From the IMG/VR virus record IMGVR_UViG_3300034198_030405: a DNA stretch of 64,000 nt. One strand, given 5' to 3'. The notes under the pieces were generated by a model, which was not told the origin of the DNA, did no database searches, and saw only the letters and a program-made list of their open reading frames with translations. Shown piece by piece: positions 59,871 through 64,000 of this stretch. The stretch is from an uncultured virus (IMG/VR IMGVR_UViG_3300034198_030405). Taxonomy: Duplodnaviria; Heunggongvirae; Uroviricota; Caudoviricetes. Numbering within the stretch: position 1 is the first letter of the stretch; the number at the start of each line of letters is the position of its first letter. A program made the position numbers and the translations under genes.

Positions 59871-61727
59871 TTATTTTTGTATCACCAGCATATCGGTTTT
59901 AATGATGTCGATAGGCTTAACACTTATAAGTTTACCGTTCCTCATGACAATACAACTATGATCTTTAGTTACATCAATGTATTTGCCGTTATCAGCTCTC
60001 AATCTGTATATCTCTTTCTTTACCTTTCTTTTACTTATCTTGCTAATCTTAGCATTCTGCATAGTACAGTCATCCATATCGACGCAATTGGTTGTAATGT
60101 CAAATGAAGGGGTTAGAAACTCATGACCGGTTTTAGAAATACTTGTAGTTCCGCCCCCTTCTTCACATAATTCATATAACTCTTCCATTGTAAAATTGCC
60201 GCAGGATGTGCGTATAACAGCATCTGCAACCACACTGTCTGTATCCCCGGCAACAGCAATGTCTTCAAACTTGTCATGACCTAAAACATTAGCAACATAT
60301 TCCCTTGCAAGTGATCGAGAAGATTTGTTGATGAATTGCCCTGTAAGTGTAATAGAGGATGCAATGTCATCATCACCTAACGGGGCATTTTTATTGCCCA
60401 TATAACCATAAACGCTATTGATAAAAATTTTTATACACAACTGCTTAGCATTGAGCTGCGCAATACGGTCTTGAATATCTATACTTTTATCATTTTGCTT
60501 CTTAAGCTTCATCATCTCTTTTCGAACAGCTACACGCTCATTGTAGTATTCGTCAACGATCTCAGGTAGAATACCTTTGCTCTTTTGGCTGAAAAGCACT
60601 TTGGCTTTTGATATTGCAATTTTTTCATCTTTAACAAATTTAGCAAACTTAACTGCATCAAGCTTATGTATTGATCCATTAATGTGCTGAATTGTAATGT
60701 CACTATCTTCACTCTCTATGATTCGGCCTACTTTTGTTTCCGGTGACATATTGAGGCTAATCATAATATTAGGATATAGAGAGTTAGCATCAAACGAAAC
60801 AACACTAGCCTGAAATCCCTCAAGCGGCTCTGCAACAAAAGCTCCAGGATTTTTACTATCATCATCTCCGCGAATAAACGTTGGTAGATATTTACCTTTT
60901 TGACGAGCTCTAATAGCAGCTGTACCGGAGATTGTTGATAGCGTACTCATTGCATTCTCTATGGTGGTTAGTCCCATGTATGCAAGCATTCGAAGCAAAG
61001 CAATGTACTGCAGTTTCAAATCCATTTTAACAAGAAGCATTACGTCTTGTAAGTTGTAGTCAACAAACAACTGCCAATCTTCAATTGAAAGACTAGCAAG
61101 ATTTGTATTGCCATAATCAATCTTTTTCTCACCTAACTCCAGTTCAGCAATGTGATCCAGCTTATAACTCTCTCTATTCACAAAGCTAAATCGCTTGTAA
61201 ATATCAATGTAATCTACACAGGATAGTCCGTCAATGTACCATCTTATCTGCTGTCTACCAAACATACCAGAGTTGAGAACTCTGTTATAAACTCTTCGCA
61301 CAGGAGACAGTCGTAGTGAATGCTCTTCACCAATGGTGTTGTTAATTCTATTGATGATGTATGGAACGTCAAAGCCAGCACTGTTCCATCCTGTCAGTAA
61401 ATCTGCTTGCATTGTTTCAAAAAACTCAAGAAACTCAAGTAGCAGCTGTCTTTCTGTTTTACAAAAATTATACACTACATCATCTCTGTTGTGCTTATAT
61501 TCTTTAGTGCCCCATGAATAAAGTTTATTCGTTAATGAATCATGAATTGTAATTATGTTGATGGGGTGTCTTGCCTGCTCTGCAACCGGGAATTCAGATT
61601 GCATAGTGTAACAGCTATTACAATATTCAATCCAGATCTCCTTTTCCTCATCCCACACTTCATAAATTTCACGCATTGATTTATTGTCGCGAAATTCGCC
61701 CAACGTAATATATTGTTCAGATATCAT
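59871..61727 (-). CDS. gp43: DNA polymerase B, fragment 2 (ExoII/III, motifs A and B, start of motif C, N-intein)
   Basis: TGWNSAGFDVPY, YKLD, YNLQD, SFDANSLYP..M, KIFINSVYG, GDTD|S; a 44-aa non-polymerase head. Confidence 0.93.
   Translation of the reverse strand: MISEQYITLGEFRDNKSMREIYEVWDEEKEIWIEYCNSCYTMQSEFPVAEQARHPINIITIHDSLTNKLYSWGTKEYKHNRDDVVYNFCKTERQLLLEFLEFFETMQADLLTGWNSAGFDVPYIINRINNTIGEEHSLRLSPVRRVYNRVLNSGMFGRQQIRWYIDGLSCVDYIDIYKRFSFVNRESYKLDHIAELELGEKKIDYGNTNLASLSIEDWQLFVDYNLQDVMLLVKMDLKLQYIALLRMLAYMGLTTIENAMSTLSTISGTAAIRARQKGKYLPTFIRGDDDSKNPGAFVAEPLEGFQASVVSFDANSLYPNIMISLNMSPETKVGRIIESEDSDITIQHINGSIHKLDAVKFAKFVKDEKIAISKAKVLFSQKSKGILPEIVDEYYNERVAVRKEMMKLKKQNDKSIDIQDRIAQLNAKQLCIKIFINSVYGYMGNKNAPLGDDDIASSITLTGQFINKSSRSLAREYVANVLGHDKFEDIAVAGDTDSVVADAVIRTSCGNFTMEELYELCEEGGGTTSISKTGHEFLTPSFDITTNCVDMDDCTMQNAKISKISKRKVKKEIYRLRADNGKYIDVTKDHSCIVMRNGKLISVKPIDIIKTDMLVIQK
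59874..60236 (-). mobile_element. Split intein N-part (121 aa, Ser1) in polymerase motif C
   Basis: GDTD|SVVADAVIRT...; block B IDVTKDHS; ends at a stop. Confidence 0.92.
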
Positions 61728-62538
61728 TTTTATTTCTAAGGTTTATAGATCTCTTATGACAGTTAGAAGATATTGTCTTTAAATATACAACAAATTCATA
61801 ATCTGTCATTCTTTTGAGCTTTTGCTGTAAAATTTTTTGCTGATTTGTTTTTATATTCTTTTTGCTTAGTGATATACTAATATTTCGTTTAGTATGATCA
61901 ATGTTATTTGAATGAAGATTTTTTAATAATCTATCTCTTTTCTGCTGCTCTGTCAAGCTATTAATAAAAGTAGTTGCAGCTACAGATCTCTTTAAATTTG
62001 ATTCTGTACTCATCTTTGATCCTTTCCTAGATTCATAGAAACAACTCTTGCTACACATTTTTGCATATTTTGTTCTAACCTGTCTGATATGGCAATTAGC
62101 ACACATTTTCATTTGACTCATTCTCTCTTTTCGTCTCTTACTGTTAAAAATTTTTAACTTTTCTGAAACCATGTTTTTTGTATCAGTGTTTTTCATTGGA
62201 TGAAATTCACTAAATAACTTTCTTGCTCTTTCAAACTGTCTTGAATTTATTTTTCTATTGTCAGTATGATGTATACACATTTTGTTGAATGCAGCTACTA
62301 ATTTAGCGCATATATTATATGCAATTTTATGATCTTTATATTGCTTAACATATTCTTTAGCTAGCAAATGATGTAAAATAAAATGCTCTCGCGCTGTTAC
62401 ACTGACTATATTATCATCATTATCCTTGCCACCGACACATTTAGGAATAATATGATGCTTCTCATAGTATATATCTTTATTATATTTTCGTGTTTTGCAG
62501 CGACCTACTATCTCATGATAAATTTTCGAATATGTCAT
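61717..62538 (-). mobile_element. MobE-like HNH homing endonuclease gene splitting the polymerase exonuclease domain
   Basis: MTYSKIY...EKHHIIPKCVGGKDNDDNIVSVTAREHFILHHLL is the T4 Mob-type HNH N-terminus. Confidence 0.88.
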
Positions 62539-62542
62539 ACTC

Positions 62543-62626
62543 GTATTTACTTCAATGTCTACGTCTTCTTACGTATTTTAATTTTTTTCTCTGCTTTATA
62601 TTTTGTAGTATCTACTTCAATGTCTA
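62543..62626. repeat. 19-bp direct repeat (18/19 identical) of the ExoI-coding sequence, 65 bp apart
   Basis: gtatctacttcaatgtcta at 62608-62626 and gtatttacttcaatgtcta at 62543-62561. Confidence 0.9.
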
Positions 62627-62960
62627 TGAATGCAACACGCACAGGAAATTTTCCAAAATCGCTATCGTTATTATGTTTCCAAAATGCATCAACAAGAAAC
62701 TGCTGAACGGGATTGAGGTTTTCAAATAGCCTCTTGGTGCCACAGTCTTTAATAAATTTATTGCGATCAAACTGTGATTTAAATTTACGCGTGCGTAGCT
62801 TGGTATTGAAGATGCTAATATCTTTTCCGTTAGCATCTTCAATCATTACGTAGGGAGTATAGTGTGAATCATAAGATACACGCTCACCATTTTCATTCCA
62901 TGAATACACCCGCACACACTCTTCTTGTGGAATATAAACTGCATTTCTATAGCCAATCAT
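62559..62960 (-). CDS. gp43: DNA polymerase B, fragment 1 (N-terminal domain + ExoI)
   Basis: YRN...G.RV...YTPY...QQFLVD.F...RVAFIDIEV, then a 17-aa basic tail and TAG. Confidence 0.88.
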   Translation of the reverse strand: MIGYRNAVYIPQEECVRVYSWNENGERVSYDSHYTPYVMIEDANGKDISIFNTKLRTRKFKSQFDRNKFIKDCGTKRLFENLNPVQQFLVDAFWKHNNDSDFGKFPVRVAFIDIEVDTTKYKAEKKIKIRKKT

Positions 62961-62990
62961 TCCACAATTATAGCAACTACAAACTTAATA

Positions 62991-63998
62991 TCAAATGCTA
63001 TTATTAAATTTGTTGAGACATTTGCGATCAGCGCTACCGTATGGTGTTGTAAATAATTCAACATAGCAGTCATGATTTTCATCCTTTTCAAGGAATCTAT
63101 TTTCGCCAATCTTGCGATAATCATATGAATTTTCAAGATATCTATTGGTACGTCTGAGGGTATCTTCAATTTTAAACATCATCTCTTCACCTGTTTCAAA
63201 CTTAATGAGTGCATTTTTATATGTAACCATATCCTGGCATGCAACAGGTAACCCCATGCAGCATGCTTCAATAAACTTGATGTCACTTTTGCATCTGTTG
63301 AAGTTATTATCCTGCAGCGGTGCTATAAGCATCTGCACTTCCAATTCATATATTTTTTTGGGGTAATCATACAATTTTTGCCATGGATGATATTCAATCT
63401 CACCAGATTTAATGTATGGAATAAGCTGCATTGGTGCTGCACCAATGAATATCCACGTATATTTGTGACGGGAATCAATGATGTGTTTAATAACATCTTC
63501 AAAATCATCTTGCTGATTGACTTTATTGTCAACATCAAAATGTGCACCCGATCCTGCATACAAAATACGCGGCTTTTTCTTGTGCTTTAACAGCAAATCA
63601 TAACTGCGCTTAGGATCACTATACCTACCTATCCACCAATCAGGCGGGAAGTTTGGAATTACAGAAATTTCTTTTTTGCCTGTCTTCTGTCTAAAGTAGT
63701 CACGCATATATTCATTTGTAACAGTCACTTCATCACACATGTTTATCATGGTAATGATGTTGTTGCGAATTTCTTCTGATTCAAACGCAAACTTAAATTT
63801 GTTGTAGTCTGGAATATCTTCATGAAACACAACATCATCAATTTCATAAATAATGCGAAATCCGTATTTCTGTCTTAGCTGTGTTAGATATTGCATAAAA
63901 TCTAACTGTGCCTTTGTTGCTTGACGCTGTACTCTTATAGCTTTGAGTGGTGCATAAAATTGCTCGCTTGGATTCATCACCGTTGTTGTAGTAACCAT
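62991..63998 (-). CDS. Glycosyltransferase (GT-B); probably 5'-truncated by the window edge
   Basis: VQRQ, IYEIDD, DEVTVT, VIPN, YAGSGAH, APLQDNNFNRCKSDIKFIEA. Confidence 0.8.
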   Translation of the reverse strand: MVTTTTVMNPSEQFYAPLKAIRVQRQATKAQLDFMQYLTQLRQKYGFRIIYEIDDVVFHEDIPDYNKFKFAFESEEIRNNIITMINMCDEVTVTNEYMRDYFRQKTGKKEISVIPNFPPDWWIGRYSDPKRSYDLLLKHKKKPRILYAGSGAHFDVDNKVNQQDDFEDVIKHIIDSRHKYTWIFIGAAPMQLIPYIKSGEIEYHPWQKLYDYPKKIYELEVQMLIAPLQDNNFNRCKSDIKFIEACCMGLPVACQDMVTYKNALIKFETGEEMMFKIEDTLRRTNRYLENSYDYRKIGENRFLEKDENHDCYVELFTTPYGSADRKCLNKFNNSI

Positions 63999-64000
63999 GG

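Noticed and set aside
61717..62558. Group I intron carrying the HNH gene
   Set aside because: There are only 20 non-coding nt on one side and an ORF overlap on the other. I saw no P/Q/R/S core, and both fragments have their own stop or start. A core hidden within coding sequence is not excluded without a covariance-model search.
62540..62570. TAG readthrough or stop-codon reassignment explaining the split polymerase
   Set aside because: Reading through TAG hits TAA four codons later, and other genes are full length in the standard code.
1..64000. tRNA, rRNA or other structured RNA genes
   Set aside because: Intergenic gaps are mostly under 100 bp, and I recognised only terminator hairpins.
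1..64000. Apparent excess of TGCA and scarcity of CG as a modification or restriction signature
   Set aside because: It could simply reflect GCA codon preference in an AT-rich genome; I cannot support it without k-mer statistics.

Overview
The window is a 64-kb piece of a large, AT-rich, T4-like (contractile-tail) bacteriophage genome read in the standard bacterial code. From left to right it holds: a tape-measure, baseplate-hub, tail-tube, sheath and terminase block (minus strand); a roughly 19-kb plus-strand block of baseplate/tail-fibre and adhesin-like proteins; a glycosyl-, pyruvyl- and methyltransferase island; and a T4-type replication module (primase, RNase H, clamp, SSB, helicase, UvsX, family-B polymerase) that also carries QueC and a class-II amidotransferase. 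The standout feature is gene fracturing. The large terminase is two genes joined by an atypically split, Gln-ending intein, and it also carries a cis class-3 intein. The DNA polymerase is three genes. Its second break is repaired by a split intein. Its first break lies just after ExoI, holds a MobE-like HNH gene, and shows no recognisable intein catalytic motifs or room for an intron. Instead the two fragments carry complementary basic and acidic extensions that resemble the first strands of an intein fold, a candidate non-splicing protein clasp. About 20 genes have a TAAATA late-promoter element 5-6 nt before the start codon and no Shine-Dalgarno sequence, which suggests leaderless translation. 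All functional calls come from motif recognition by eye; no database searches were run.
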